Origin: Escherichia phage vB-Eco-KMB42
DNA: 64,000 bases
Sequence record: OR539221.1
Direction: 5' to 3' (one strand)
Both the position numbers and the translations under genes were made by a program. Below, in pieces: positions 31,418-43,819 of the stretch. The notes beneath the pieces were generated by a model. It did not search any database and was not told where the DNA came from. It saw only the letters and a list, made by a program, of their open reading frames with translations. Positions within the stretch are counted from its first letter, which is position 1, and the number at the start of each line of letters is the position of its first letter.

Positions 31418-31750
31418 TTATTTTACTACTTTCCAGTGCTTCATGTCAAGTTTACCGACTTTTTTCATCTTCTCAATTAAGCGTTCGGCACGTTGGCGAG
31501 CTGTAACATAATACCATTCACCTAATTCATTTTGTTCAATTTTTCCAACGATTACTGTATTCAATTCATAAATCCAACCAGTAAAGAAATTATGAACTTG
31601 AATTGTAAAGGTGAAATCTGTTCCCATACCTTCTGTTGTTTCTACTTCAATAATATCACCTTCAACTGCCATTAAGAACCACATAGTTTCGTTATATTCA
31701 CCATTGAAGCATTTAGCTTTAACTGCAGCGTTCAGATTAATCGTTTTCAT
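31418..31750 (-). CDS. Hypothetical protein
   Basis: 110-aa ORF with GGAG RBS, downstream of predicted early promoter. Confidence 0.55.
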   Translation of the reverse strand: MKTINLNAAVKAKCFNGEYNETMWFLMAVEGDIIEVETTEGMGTDFTFTIQVHNFFTGWIYELNTVIVGKIEQNELGEWYYVTARQRAERLIEKMKKVGKLDMKHWKVVK

Positions 31751-31777
31751 TTTATTCTCCTTTGTTTGTGTAAGATA

Positions 31778-31807
31778 ATACTATCACAAAGGAACCATAC
31801 TGTAAAC
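31778..31807 (-). promoter_or_regulatory. Putative early promoter
   Basis: Minus strand GTTTAC - 18 nt - TAGTAT upstream of ORF 31418-31750. Confidence 0.4.
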
Positions 31808-31825
31808 AACTTTATGCAATCTTTG

Positions 31826-31856
31826 GAAAATAAAAAAGGACTCCCGAAGGAGTCCT
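31826..31856 (-). terminator. Rho-independent terminator
   Basis: Minus strand AGGACUCC-UUCG-GGAGUCCU followed by UUUUUUAUUUU. Confidence 0.65.
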
Positions 31857-31860
31857 CAAC

Positions 31861-32037
31861 TTATGCTTTCTGCTTACCAAAACGAGAAGCATCATCTCGA
31901 AGAACCGCACGTGCTCGGCGCATGATCTTCTCAACAGTTTGATTGATACGAGAGTTCGACCCACGCTTGTAGCCAGCGCGTTTAGAATCACCAACTTTCT
32001 TTTCAACTGCTTTCTTTGCTTTAGCTTGTTTTGCCAT
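31861..32037 (-). CDS. Small highly basic protein (58 aa from ATG at 32037)
   Basis: ORF track gives 72 aa from 32079; internal ATG MAKQAKAKKAVEKK... is K/R-rich; followed by strong terminator. Confidence 0.5.
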   Translation of the reverse strand: MAKQAKAKKAVEKKVGDSKRAGYKRGSNSRINQTVEKIMRRARAVLRDDASRFGKQKA

Positions 32038-32282
32038 TATAAATTCTCTTTTAAATGAAAATGCAGGACTTATTGGCATTGCCTGCGCAAGCCCTCAAGG
32101 GGAACATAGGTTTTTGGGTATTTAACGACCAGGATAACCATAAACCCGTCATCATTCACATTCAAGAGGTACACCATAAAACTGCCGGGGTCTTAAAACT
32201 ATAATGATTCGCAAATCATTAATCAGACAGTTCGATGGCTCCTCGATTTTAGCTCACACTAAGGCAGTGAATCTCCAATAAA

Positions 32283-32531
32283 TTACTTCAATGTTACCAC
32301 AAAGTGACGAACTGCTTTTCGTGCAGCAGAAGCCAGAGGCTTAGCATACTTAAGTTCATCTTTTTCCTGAAGCTCAGCAGCTAATGCAGTTTGAGCAGGA
32401 TTTAGATGTTTGAAATAACGCAGGATTTCAAGAGCTTCGGCTTCAACATCAATAGATGCGCCATAGTTTTCGTGACCATTATTCCATGCGTTTCGTTGCA
32501 GTTCAAGAGCGTGTTGTAATTGTTTAATCAT
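32283..32531 (-). CDS. rIII: Lysis inhibition accessory protein rIII
   Basis: 82 aa as T4 rIII; position adjacent to gene 31. Confidence 0.85.
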   Translation of the reverse strand: MIKQLQHALELQRNAWNNGHENYGASIDVEAEALEILRYFKHLNPAQTALAAELQEKDELKYAKPLASAARKAVRHFVVTLK

Positions 32532-32678
32532 TTAAAAATTCTCGTTAGAGATTAAAACTCGGTAGTCACGTTCTTCTGAATTTCATCTTCTTTCGACAGA
32601 TCTCTCAGTTGTAGACTACCACATAGAATTGTTCGGTTAACTTATTATTCCGACACCCAATTCATATTATTATTTATA

Positions 32679-33014
32679 TCACTTATAAAGACATGGAATA
32701 GCTTTATAGTGGCAAGTGACGAATTTTTGTTTAATTTCTTTTGGCTGCTTAAGACCCAGAGCTACAAAAGGATGCGGAACATTTCGAATTTGACCAACTG
32801 GAAGAGAAGTCAAATCACCAACTTCGCAGAAACCTTCAGGAACATCAGGACCAACAGAGTGAACTACACACAGTTCAGGAACTTCACCTTGAACACGTTT
32901 ACCGATAATAAGTCCTGATTCTGTAACTTCTTCATCACCAGCCTGTGCAGGTTCAGAAACTAAAATAACATATTCACCGACAGCACGAATTGGTAGCTGT
33001 TGTACTTCAGACAT
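32679..33014 (-). CDS. 31: Co-chaperonin gp31 (GroES analogue for capsid folding)
   Basis: 111 aa as T4 gp31; N-terminus [22 protein letters not shown]. Confidence 0.9.
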
Positions 33015-33044
33015 CGTTTTTCCTTTTTGTTAACAGATGAATTA

Positions 33045-33071
33045 ATAATAACAAATAATTCTTAAAGCATT
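33045..33071 (-). promoter_or_regulatory. Putative MotA-dependent middle promoter for gene 31
   Basis: Minus strand aaTGCTTTA - 12 nt - TATTAT upstream of gene 31. Confidence 0.4.
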
Positions 33072-33379
33072 TATTTACCAATAAATTGAAGCAAATGCTC
33101 AACTTTCATACCATTAACAGAAATCAATTTGCCAATAGAAAAACCTCGCCATGCGCCAAGTTCAACATCAAATACTGGAATCATGTCAGTAGATTCTTTC
33201 CGAGTAGATTCAGTCAATTTACCAGTTTGCATGGTTGGCATAAAGTCTGCATCACGAGTACCTTTCATAGTACGAATAGTACCATCAGACTTTTCAAAAA
33301 CTACGTTTGAAACACCCATGGACAATTTGGTTTTCAAAATTTCGCGAATTGCTACTTTCTGCTCAGTTGTCAGTTTCAT
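33071..33379 (-). CDS. Hypothetical protein (31.1-like position)
   Basis: 102-aa ORF. Confidence 0.55.
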   Translation of the reverse strand: MKLTTEQKVAIREILKTKLSMGVSNVVFEKSDGTIRTMKGTRDADFMPTMQTGKLTESTRKESTDMIPVFDVELGAWRGFSIGKLISVNGMKVEHLLQFIGK

Positions 33380-33616
33380 TTATTTACCTATTACAGTTTT
33401 AATATGAGTTGTTCCACGTTCTTTAAGGGTGGAAAGTAATTTTTGGCATTTTTCTAAATCAGATTTCCAACTATACGGTCTATCAATACAAACCCATTCT
33501 GACTTATAATACTGCTTCCATTTAGAGAAAAAATATTTCTTATACTCTACAGCAAATGAAATGTTCTCGTTAGAATAAGAACTAATTGCTGTGAGCTTTA
33601 CCAAACGAAATTTCAT
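33380..33616 (-). CDS. Hypothetical protein (31.2-like position)
   Basis: 78-aa ORF abutting cd. Confidence 0.5.
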   Translation of the reverse strand: MKFRLVKLTAISSYSNENISFAVEYKKYFFSKWKQYYKSEWVCIDRPYSWKSDLEKCQKLLSTLKERGTTHIKTVIGK

Positions 33617-34197
33617 TATTCACCACAGAATTCGTTGATATTTTCCCAGTTTAACTTATTCAAGTTTTTCTTAGGAACATTAAACACTTCAATACCTGCA
33701 TTTCGCAGAATATCATCCCAGCCAGGTTTATTTTTATCGTATGTTTCGCAATAAACCAGCTTTTTAATACCAGATTGAGCTATCGCTTTTGCACAATCTG
33801 GACAAGGAGAAAGTGTTACATACATAGTAGCACCTTCAATTGAAGAACCATTTCGTGCAGCAAACAAAATTGCATTTAGTTCAGCATGAATTTCATTTTT
33901 AGACGACCATTCAGAGTGAGCGCTACGGTGTTCTTTCGCCAAGACAAAGCGATCAGTTGAACCAAATGATACGCATTCAGGCTTATGGCCTTGGATAATA
34001 GTATGTTTAGGTTTATTCAGCAACCAACCTTGCTCAGCGGCATAATCACAACAGTTCACACCACCAGCAGGTGAACCATTATATCCGGTAGAAATAATAC
34101 GTCCATTCTTTTCAATTACTGCTCCTACCTTCCAGGAGCAACATTTGGATTCTTGTGATACTAAATATGCAATTTGAAGTACTGTACTCGCTTTCAT
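33616..34197 (-). CDS. cd: dCMP deaminase
   Basis: 193 aa; cytidine/dCMP deaminase zinc motifs HAELNAI and SPCPDCAK. Confidence 0.9.
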   Translation of the reverse strand: MKASTVLQIAYLVSQESKCCSWKVGAVIEKNGRIISTGYNGSPAGGVNCCDYAAEQGWLLNKPKHTIIQGHKPECVSFGSTDRFVLAKEHRSAHSEWSSKNEIHAELNAILFAARNGSSIEGATMYVTLSPCPDCAKAIAQSGIKKLVYCETYDKNKPGWDDILRNAGIEVFNVPKKNLNKLNWENINEFCGE

Positions 34198-34532
34198 TTC
34201 ATAATCACCAGATAAGCAGATTTAGCAGTTTCAACACGATAAATTTCGTGACGAAGTTTAGTTATACTTTTAATAACAGAACTAATTATATTCTGCCCAT
34301 CTTTAAAGCGGTTTTTCTTATCAATAAAAACTGCGCCAACCATCTTTTTGTGAAGCTCAACTGGATACTTCGTCACAATAATAGCATCATACACAGAAGG
34401 ATGAATACTATTCACCAGAGTGTCATTCATTAAAGTTATTCTAATGAACTGAGCTGTTTCAGAATCAAGTGCTCTATGATCGCCAGTATCATTTTCAAGA
34501 CAATTATCAATTATATCAGTTAAATTCATCAT
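34194..34532 (-). CDS. Hypothetical protein (cd.1-like position)
   Basis: 112-aa ORF overlapping cd start by 4 nt. Confidence 0.55.
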   Translation of the reverse strand: MMNLTDIIDNCLENDTGDHRALDSETAQFIRITLMNDTLVNSIHPSVYDAIIVTKYPVELHKKMVGAVFIDKKNRFKDGQNIISSVIKSITKLRHEIYRVETAKSAYLVIMK

Positions 34533-34768
34533 AGTACGCCATACACCCTTTGTGCTTCAACTAATCCATCAAAATCTAATTTAAGATGCGATATTTGATC
34601 GCCATCACCTGGATTCACAATTACTAATACTGAACGAGGAGTTTCGGTAATAACACGAACCGATGTTTCAGGAAATCGTTCAGAAACCTTATTTACCAAT
34701 TCCTGCGCAAATAGCTTAACTTTTTCTTGGAATTCTTTAACAGTAATCGGTTTTTCACTTAGCAGCAT
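34529..34768 (-). CDS. Hypothetical protein (start adjusted to internal ATG)
   Basis: ORF track extends to 34864 but predicted early promoter lies inside that extension; ATG at 34768 preceded by GAGG RBS. Confidence 0.5.
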   Translation of the reverse strand: MLLSEKPITVKEFQEKVKLFAQELVNKVSERFPETSVRVITETPRSVLVIVNPGDGDQISHLKLDFDGLVEAQRVYGVL

Positions 34769-34797
34769 TTTGTTTTCCTCATTTGTTTGGTAGAGCC

Positions 34798-34827
34798 ATA
34801 ATATCACAACTCTACCGTAAAGTAAAC
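34798..34827 (-). promoter_or_regulatory. Putative early promoter
   Basis: Minus strand GTTTAC - 18 nt - TATTAT. Confidence 0.45.
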
Positions 34828-34829
34828 TA

Positions 34830-35105
34830 TTAAATTGCTTTGAATTCTGATGTCTGTGATTCAAAACGAATATCGCCTTTGATGACTAGCTCAGCATCAA
34901 GACCGAATACGACAATGATATGCGCGGAACCTGGATACAACGTAATGGCAATAGAATCCACCTGGTCTGGAAGCAAAGTGTTCAATACATGAGTCACTTG
35001 AGCATGGATTCGAAGTTCAGCTGCGTTATCAAGCTTTTCAAACATATTATTAGCGATAATTTGACTAAACACTACTTCTACGATTTTAGAATAAGTCGGA
35101 AACAT
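34830..35105 (-). CDS. Hypothetical protein
   Basis: 91-aa ORF. Confidence 0.5.
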   Translation of the reverse strand: MFPTYSKIVEVVFSQIIANNMFEKLDNAAELRIHAQVTHVLNTLLPDQVDSIAITLYPGSAHIIVVFGLDAELVIKGDIRFESQTSEFKAI

Positions 35106-35107
35106 AT

Positions 35108-35308
35108 TTACCTCACATAATTTTCTTCAAGCCAATCAATAACATCCAACGCATTATCAAAAGTTGAACCATCTACTTTGTCTTCTGTTTCATAATCAAG
35201 AACATCTAAACCTACTCTTCCATTAACAATAGGCCATAAACAAAACAGGTATTTCTTTTCTTTTTCAATTTTATCACAAAGATGATAAATTTTTTCTATG
35301 TTATTCAT
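35108..35308 (-). CDS. Hypothetical protein
   Basis: 66-aa ORF. Confidence 0.5.
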   Translation of the reverse strand: MNNIEKIYHLCDKIEKEKKYLFCLWPIVNGRVGLDVLDYETEDKVDGSTFDNALDVIDWLEENYVR

Positions 35309-35497
35309 AAGTTTTCCATGGTAAAGGCAGTTTAGTTTTCTTTACTGTTAGTTCAACATCAGGATTCTTTTCTCTTAATTTAAGGCATTCCTCCCAAGCT
35401 CTGATTTCACTAGTGAATACACAAAATTGCCCATTACTAGTACCGACTAAACCACTATTTACAATAATAATAGCCCAAGTTTCATGATGCAATGCCA

Positions 35498-35498
<1 letters not shown>
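35301..35498 (-). CDS. Hypothetical protein
   Basis: 65-aa ORF abutting pseT. Confidence 0.5.
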
Positions 35499-36720
<1,222 letters not shown>

Positions 36721-36954
36721 TTATTTTTTCTCAACCAATGATTGAATATAATCATGCAGGTCTTTAGATGCTTTGCCCCATTTATTTTGATATTCATTTT
36801 TAAGATTAGCCCGAGATTGAGCTAATAAAACATCATTAGTTGGAGGTAAAGATTCTAATCGTTGAATCTGTCGTCCATAAATCATTGCAGCCATCTCGGA
36901 TTCATAAATCAATCCTTTGAGATGTTCAAATTGATGCCATGAAATCATTTGCAT
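36721..36954 (-). CDS. Hypothetical protein
   Basis: 77-aa ORF. Confidence 0.5.
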   Translation of the reverse strand: MQMISWHQFEHLKGLIYESEMAAMIYGRQIQRLESLPPTNDVLLAQSRANLKNEYQNKWGKASKDLHDYIQSLVEKK

Positions 36955-37244
36955 TTATCCTCTTTTAACTCTCGACGATAATAACATATCATAGTTTTTT
37001 GGTCATGTACATATCGTTTTACATCATTAAGCCAAATACGAAATTCCTGGGAATCTTCAAATGGCATACCGACCCAAGCTTTACCATCAATAACTTTAAC
37101 TTGCCAAGATAGTTTAGCTTCATCATATGACTTTATTTGTACAGGCCAATTAGGATGAACTGTTTCTTTCTTTACTTCTAGAGGCTTTGTCGAACAACCA
37201 ACTAGAAGACCAATAGATAATATTACTGCTGATAGTTTAATCAT
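36945..37244 (-). CDS. Putative o-spanin (outer-membrane lipoprotein)
   Basis: 99 aa; N-terminal signal with lipobox LLVGC; overlaps upstream i-spanin-like gene by 4 nt. Confidence 0.65.
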   Translation of the reverse strand: MIKLSAVILSIGLLVGCSTKPLEVKKETVHPNWPVQIKSYDEAKLSWQVKVIDGKAWVGMPFEDSQEFRIWLNDVKRYVHDQKTMICYYRRELKEDKCK

Positions 37245-37594
37245 TTAGAAAGGTCCTGGATGTCTTCTGCGAACTTGTTGAAGGAGTTGTTGATTTGTTT
37301 TTCAACCAATCCTGGCTTATGAGCCACCACATCCGCCTTCTTTGCGTCTTTGCGCAGTTTTTCATTTTCACGCTCAATAGCAGCAATTGCCTCACGATTT
37401 TTATTATTCATCGCATCAATATAATTATACTGAATTCGCAAATTATTTAATGCTAAAGCGTTTTCATTGGCCGTTTTTGTAATTTCTACAACAGACGTTT
37501 CTAATCTTTCAATTTTATTTTTTAAAATTAAAGAAGTTCCGCCCAATGCAATTACAATTAATAGCAAGCCTGCTGTCGTATTACTTAATTGCAT
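37241..37594 (-). CDS. Putative i-spanin (N-terminal TM helix plus periplasmic coiled coil)
   Basis: 117 aa; hydrophobic segment AGLLLIVIALGGTSLIL followed by heptad-rich region. Confidence 0.65.
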   Translation of the reverse strand: MQLSNTTAGLLLIVIALGGTSLILKNKIERLETSVVEITKTANENALALNNLRIQYNYIDAMNNKNREAIAAIERENEKLRKDAKKADVVAHKPGLVEKQINNSFNKFAEDIQDLSK

Positions 37595-38088
37595 AAAGTT
37601 TTAATAACCTCTATAATATCGTCTTGAGAAAGACCGTTAATTAAAATATGATGTTCAGCCGGAGATTTAGAAATTTTAAAGCATGCCTCAACATTTTCTG
37701 CCATATCTGATGCGCTACGATTTGGATTACTAATTCCAAGACGATGTTTTCCCGTCAAAGGATTAACGATGATATAGCATTTACAGTTGTTAATATGAAC
37801 ATTAGGTTGAGTCTGATTAATGAACACATCACAATCATATTTCGCAAGCTGATTTTCTAAAAAGACTTTCATCTCCTCAACTGCATCAGGAAGCATATCA
37901 CGGGCTTGCTCAAGACGACGATTTCGATATTCTTTAATGGTCGTTTTCCGCTTGACTTGCTTAGCTAAATCTTTCTTAAGATCGGTGATATATCCAACTC
38001 GACGATTTCCTTTGAATACAGAAATCCCATCTGTAGTATCACCGTATGCTTCAACGACCATCTCAGTAGTAATAAGCTGCAAATCCAT
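37585..38088 (-). CDS. alc: Alc (blocks transcription of cytosine-containing host DNA)
   Basis: 167 aa from second Met; N-terminus MDLQLITTEMVVEAYGD as remembered for T4 Alc; downstream of early promoter. Confidence 0.8.
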   Translation of the reverse strand: MDLQLITTEMVVEAYGDTTDGISVFKGNRRVGYITDLKKDLAKQVKRKTTIKEYRNRRLEQARDMLPDAVEEMKVFLENQLAKYDCDVFINQTQPNVHINNCKCYIIVNPLTGKHRLGISNPNRSASDMAENVEACFKISKSPAEHHILINGLSQDDIIEVIKTLCN

Positions 38089-38119
38089 CATAAAGTCCTC
38101 ATGTTATGTCAGTAAGACT

Positions 38120-38149
38120 ACTATAACACAACACGAGGGACTTGTAAAC
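38120..38149 (-). promoter_or_regulatory. Early promoter, copy 2 of duplicated cassette (upstream of alc)
   Basis: Minus strand GTTTAC - 18 nt - TATAGT; 50/52 identical to 22742-22793. Confidence 0.55.
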
Positions 38150-38152
38150 AGC

Positions 38153-39740
<1,588 letters not shown>

Positions 39741-39767
39741 AATAAAATGGGCCTTGCGGCCCACTCC

Positions 39768-40946
39768 TTAAAAGTATTTTTTAAAACTCATCATAACTTT
39801 ATCATCAACATCATTATCAATCTGTGCAACAAGATAAGATGACAGTTCTACTTCTTGCGGCGCGGATTGAACATTATCAGAATTAAGGTATTCACGAATC
39901 CAAGGATATGGATGTTTAACCGGAGCATCGGTAATTGGGCATGGAAGACCACACTGTTTCATACGAGATACAGTTAAGTAATCAATAAAGCTCCACATGC
40001 TATTTGTATTTAATCCAGGAACATCGCCATCTTTAAATAAATGAACTGCCCAATCTTTTTCTTGGCGGTTAACTTCCATGAAAATATCAACTGCTTCTTG
40101 TTCACACTCTTTGGCAATTTTAACCCATTCATCACCATCAGTGCCAAGTTGAAGTTGACGAATAATATACTGGGTGCCTTTAAGGTGGAGTTGTTCGTCT
40201 CGAGCAATGAATTTCATAATCTTCGCATTACCTTCCATGATTTCCATATTTTTATGGAAGTTGAAAGTACATGCAAAGGATACATAAAAACGAATAGCTT
40301 CCAGGGCATTGATAACATGAAGGCAGAGATAAAGCGACTTCATCAATGCATATTTACATTCTTCCACATGCATAAGACTATTTGAATATGCATCTAAATC
40401 ATATTCATTTTCGGAAAAACATTTAAAAATTTCTTTTGCATTTTCCCATTCGCGCGTCTTAACCAGAACATCATCATAATAACGACCAATAGATTCAGCA
40501 CGTTTCATGATAGCTTTATCTAATACAATCTCATCAAATACCTTTGACGGATCAGTATAAAGATTTCGCATAATATGAGTGTATGAACGACTGTGAATAG
40601 TTTCACTAAAAGTCCATGTAGCAACCCATGTATCAAGACTTGGGTCTGAAATTAACGACATAAGTACAGCAGACGGTGCACGACCCTGAATGCTATCTAG
40701 AAGTGATTGATACTTCAGGTTATTAGTAAAAATATCTTGCTGATATTGAGGAAGCTTGTTAAATTGCGCAGCATCCATCATTAAGTTTACTTCTTCAGGA
40801 CGCCAGAAAAATGACAACTGCTTTTCGGTTAAATCTTCAAAAACTTTATGACGTTGAATATCATAACGCGCAATACCAAGGCCTGAACCAAAAAACATAG
40901 GTTCTTTTAAAACATCAACTGGATTTGTATTAAAAACTGTGCTCAT
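39768..40946 (-). CDS. nrdB: Ribonucleotide reductase small subunit NrdB (uninterrupted, no intron)
   Basis: 392-aa continuous ORF with di-iron/tyrosyl radical protein features; directly downstream of nrdA. Confidence 0.9.
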   Translation of the reverse strand: MSTVFNTNPVDVLKEPMFFGSGLGIARYDIQRHKVFEDLTEKQLSFFWRPEEVNLMMDAAQFNKLPQYQQDIFTNNLKYQSLLDSIQGRAPSAVLMSLISDPSLDTWVATWTFSETIHSRSYTHIMRNLYTDPSKVFDEIVLDKAIMKRAESIGRYYDDVLVKTREWENAKEIFKCFSENEYDLDAYSNSLMHVEECKYALMKSLYLCLHVINALEAIRFYVSFACTFNFHKNMEIMEGNAKIMKFIARDEQLHLKGTQYIIRQLQLGTDGDEWVKIAKECEQEAVDIFMEVNRQEKDWAVHLFKDGDVPGLNTNSMWSFIDYLTVSRMKQCGLPCPITDAPVKHPYPWIREYLNSDNVQSAPQEVELSSYLVAQIDNDVDDKVMMSFKKYF

Positions 40947-40997
40947 AAATTTTCCACTTAGTTAATAGATAGTGACTCGTCCGTGAGTCAAATTATA

Positions 40998-43262
40998 TCA
41001 TAATTTACAGGATGAACAATCTTCAGCTTTTGGAGTTTCTATTTCATAATCATCAGTACCAGAACCATCACGGGTATTATGATAATAGAAATTTTTTCCG
41101 CCAAAATACCAAAAATACAAAAGGTCATCAATCATTATTGACATTGGAACCTTTCCTTTTGGAAAAATCTGCGGGTCATAATATGTATTCGCTGAAGCTG
41201 ATTGACATACCCATTTCAGCATAATAGCTACCTGCGTAAGATAAGGTTTATTACCTTTCTTAGCTAATTTCCATGTATAATCATAGAGGTCTATGTTATG
41301 CTCAATATTGGGCACGACTTGATTAAAGGAGCCCTCTTTTGATTCTTTAACAGAGACTGGTCCACGTGGAGGCTCGATACCGTTTGTACTGTTAGAAACT
41401 TGGGAAGATGACTCACATGGCATAAGTGCTGATAATGTGCTATTACGGATGCCAAAGAGCTTAAGGTCTTCCCGCAGCGACGACCAGTCACAAACGTATT
41501 TTGGAGCTGCGATTTGGTCAATCTTTTTATTGTACCAGTCGATAGGTAATTCGCCTCGAGACCAACGAGTGTCTGAATAATATTCGCAAGGTCCTTTTTC
41601 TTTGGCGAGCTTAATGGATGCTTTAATGAGTCCATACTGTAATCTCTCAAATAGTTCATGTGTTAAATCGTTAGCATCTTCATAAGAAGCAAAGTTACTT
41701 GCCAGCCAAGCTGCATAGTTAGTAACACCTACACCGAGGTTACGACGCTTTTTAGCTTTTTCTGCTTCAGGAACTGGATATCCTTGGTAATCCAAAAGAT
41801 TATCAAGAGCACGAACTTGGACTTCTGCCAATTCATTAATTTTATCTTGGTCTTGCCAGTCAAAATTATCCAGTACGAATGCAGAGAGAGTACACAATCC
41901 AATTTCAGCATCAGGACTATTCACATCATTTGTTGGAATAGCAATTTCACAACACAAGTTACTCTGACGAATAGGTGCCTTTTCACGAATAAACGGAGTA
42001 TAATTATTCGTATTATCGATGAACTGCACATAAATCCTTGCTGTTCCTGAGCGTTCAGTCATGAGCAATTCAAATAGTTCACGGGCTTTAATGCGCTTTT
42101 TACGAATATTAGGGTCTTTTTCTGCGGCTTCATACAATTCACGGAAACGGTCTTGGTCTTTAAAATAAGAATAATAAAGCTCGCCACCCATTTCATGTGG
42201 ACTGAACAAAGTAATGTAATCGTTCTTTCCAAAACGTTCCATCATCAAATCATTCAGCTGGACGCCATAATCCATATGACGGATACGGTTTTCTTCTACA
42301 CCTTTGTTATTTTTTAGAACGAGAAGATTTTCAACTTCCAAATGCCAAATAGGATAATAAGCAGTAGCAGCGCCGCCACGAATTCCACCCTGTGAGCATG
42401 ATTTAACAGCAGTCTGAAAATGTTTCCAAAAAGGAATAACACCAGTATGGCGTACTTCACCCATGCCAATCTTAGAACCTTCGGCACGAATCATACCAAC
42501 GTTAATACCAATTCCAGCACGTTTGGAGATATATTCAACAATTGAAGCGGAAGCCTTATTGATAGACTTTAATGAATCACCTGCCTCAATAACAACACAT
42601 GAACTAAACTGTCGAGTCGGAGTACGACAACCAGCCATAATAGGAGTTGGTAATGAAATCTGTCGAGTAGATACTGCTTCATAAAAATGAATAACATGTT
42701 TTAATCTATCAATAGGTTCATCTTGATGCAATGCCATTCCAATAGTCATAAATGCAAACTGAGGAGTTTCATAAATTTGACCAGTGGTTTTATCTTTAAC
42801 TAGATATTTTTCTTTTAATTGCATCGCCCCGGAATAAGTAAATTCCATATCCCGCTCGTGCTTAATTTTTGATTCTAAAAATGTAATTTCTTCTGCTGAA
42901 TATTTTGACAATAATTCAGGGTCATATTTACCTTCATTTACACAGTAAGAAATATGGTCAATAAATGAACGTGGTTCATACTGCCCATAAACATGCTTAC
43001 GAAGAGCAAACATTAAACAACGTGCAGCTACATATTGATAATCAGGCTCTTCAACCGAAATAGAATTCGCAGCAGCCTTAATGACAATAGTCTGAATATC
43101 ATCAGTTGTCATTCCATCACGGAGATAAGATTTAATATTTTCATATAATTCATAAGGATCGACTGATGTTCCTTCAGCTGCCCAAGATAAAACTTTAATA
43201 ATTTTTTGTGGGTCAAAGCTCTGAGAAACACCACTACTTTTGATAACATTAATTAATTGCAT
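40998..43262 (-). CDS. nrdA: Ribonucleotide reductase large subunit NrdA
   Basis: 754 aa as T4 NrdA; C-terminal CSSCKL-like redox tail. Confidence 0.95.
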   Translation of the reverse strand: MQLINVIKSSGVSQSFDPQKIIKVLSWAAEGTSVDPYELYENIKSYLRDGMTTDDIQTIVIKAAANSISVEEPDYQYVAARCLMFALRKHVYGQYEPRSFIDHISYCVNEGKYDPELLSKYSAEEITFLESKIKHERDMEFTYSGAMQLKEKYLVKDKTTGQIYETPQFAFMTIGMALHQDEPIDRLKHVIHFYEAVSTRQISLPTPIMAGCRTPTRQFSSCVVIEAGDSLKSINKASASIVEYISKRAGIGINVGMIRAEGSKIGMGEVRHTGVIPFWKHFQTAVKSCSQGGIRGGAATAYYPIWHLEVENLLVLKNNKGVEENRIRHMDYGVQLNDLMMERFGKNDYITLFSPHEMGGELYYSYFKDQDRFRELYEAAEKDPNIRKKRIKARELFELLMTERSGTARIYVQFIDNTNNYTPFIREKAPIRQSNLCCEIAIPTNDVNSPDAEIGLCTLSAFVLDNFDWQDQDKINELAEVQVRALDNLLDYQGYPVPEAEKAKKRRNLGVGVTNYAAWLASNFASYEDANDLTHELFERLQYGLIKASIKLAKEKGPCEYYSDTRWSRGELPIDWYNKKIDQIAAPKYVCDWSSLREDLKLFGIRNSTLSALMPCESSSQVSNSTNGIEPPRGPVSVKESKEGSFNQVVPNIEHNIDLYDYTWKLAKKGNKPYLTQVAIMLKWVCQSASANTYYDPQIFPKGKVPMSIMIDDLLYFWYFGGKNFYYHNTRDGSGTDDYEIETPKAEDCSSCKL

Positions 43263-43579
43263 AAGTCCTCAACTTGAAAATCGTCTTTAAACAATCGGTT
43301 AACTATATGAGCTATTATATCACCATGACACGGCTTTGGTTTACATGTGCATCCTAGCCTCATTCCACGTAAAGGCTCTAAATGTGCTTTAGTTATTTCT
43401 CCGGATTTAATTCGACGTATAAAATCTTTTTTGAATAATTCAATGGCAGCCTCCCGGCTGCCAGCATCTTTACCGACGTAATTTCCCCAAAATGTACCAC
43501 GGTGAATATTAACATCAAAGTCGGATTTATATTTATTCACTACTCGGCATATACGGCCTGCGCGGTTGTAGGTGTTCAT
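43253..43579 (-). CDS. Hypothetical Cys/His-containing protein (nrdA.1-like position)
   Basis: 108-aa ORF with [11 protein letters not shown] segment. Confidence 0.55.
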   Translation of the reverse strand: MNTYNRAGRICRVVNKYKSDFDVNIHRGTFWGNYVGKDAGSREAAIELFKKDFIRRIKSGEITKAHLEPLRGMRLGCTCKPKPCHGDIIAHIVNRLFKDDFQVEDLCN

Positions 43580-43808
43580 ATTGTTCTTCCGTTAAAACAG
43601 TAATATCGTAGTAACAGTCAGAAGAAGTTTTAACTGTAGAAATTTTATTATCAAAATACTCACGAGTCATTTTATGAGTATAATATTTTTTGCCATAAAT
43701 GATAATAGGCTGATTTGGTCCTGGAACTTCTAACTCGCTTGGATTAGGAAGTGTAAAAAGAACTACACCAGAAGTATCTTTAAATCGTAAAATCATATAT
43801 CCTCGCAA
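43533..43808 (-). CDS. Hypothetical protein (nrdA.2-like position)
   Basis: 91-aa ORF. Confidence 0.5.
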   Translation of the reverse strand: MRGYMILRFKDTSGVVLFTLPNPSELEVPGPNQPIIIYGKKYYTHKMTREYFDNKISTVKTSSDCYYDITVLTEEQYEHLQPRRPYMPSSE

Positions 43809-43819
43809 TTAAATTAAAA

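Noticed and set aside
32038-32282. Possible tRNA or small RNA gene in the non-coding gap
   Set aside because: No GTTCRANYC T-loop or cloverleaf-compatible stems found on either strand by eye; kept only as a low-confidence structured-region finding
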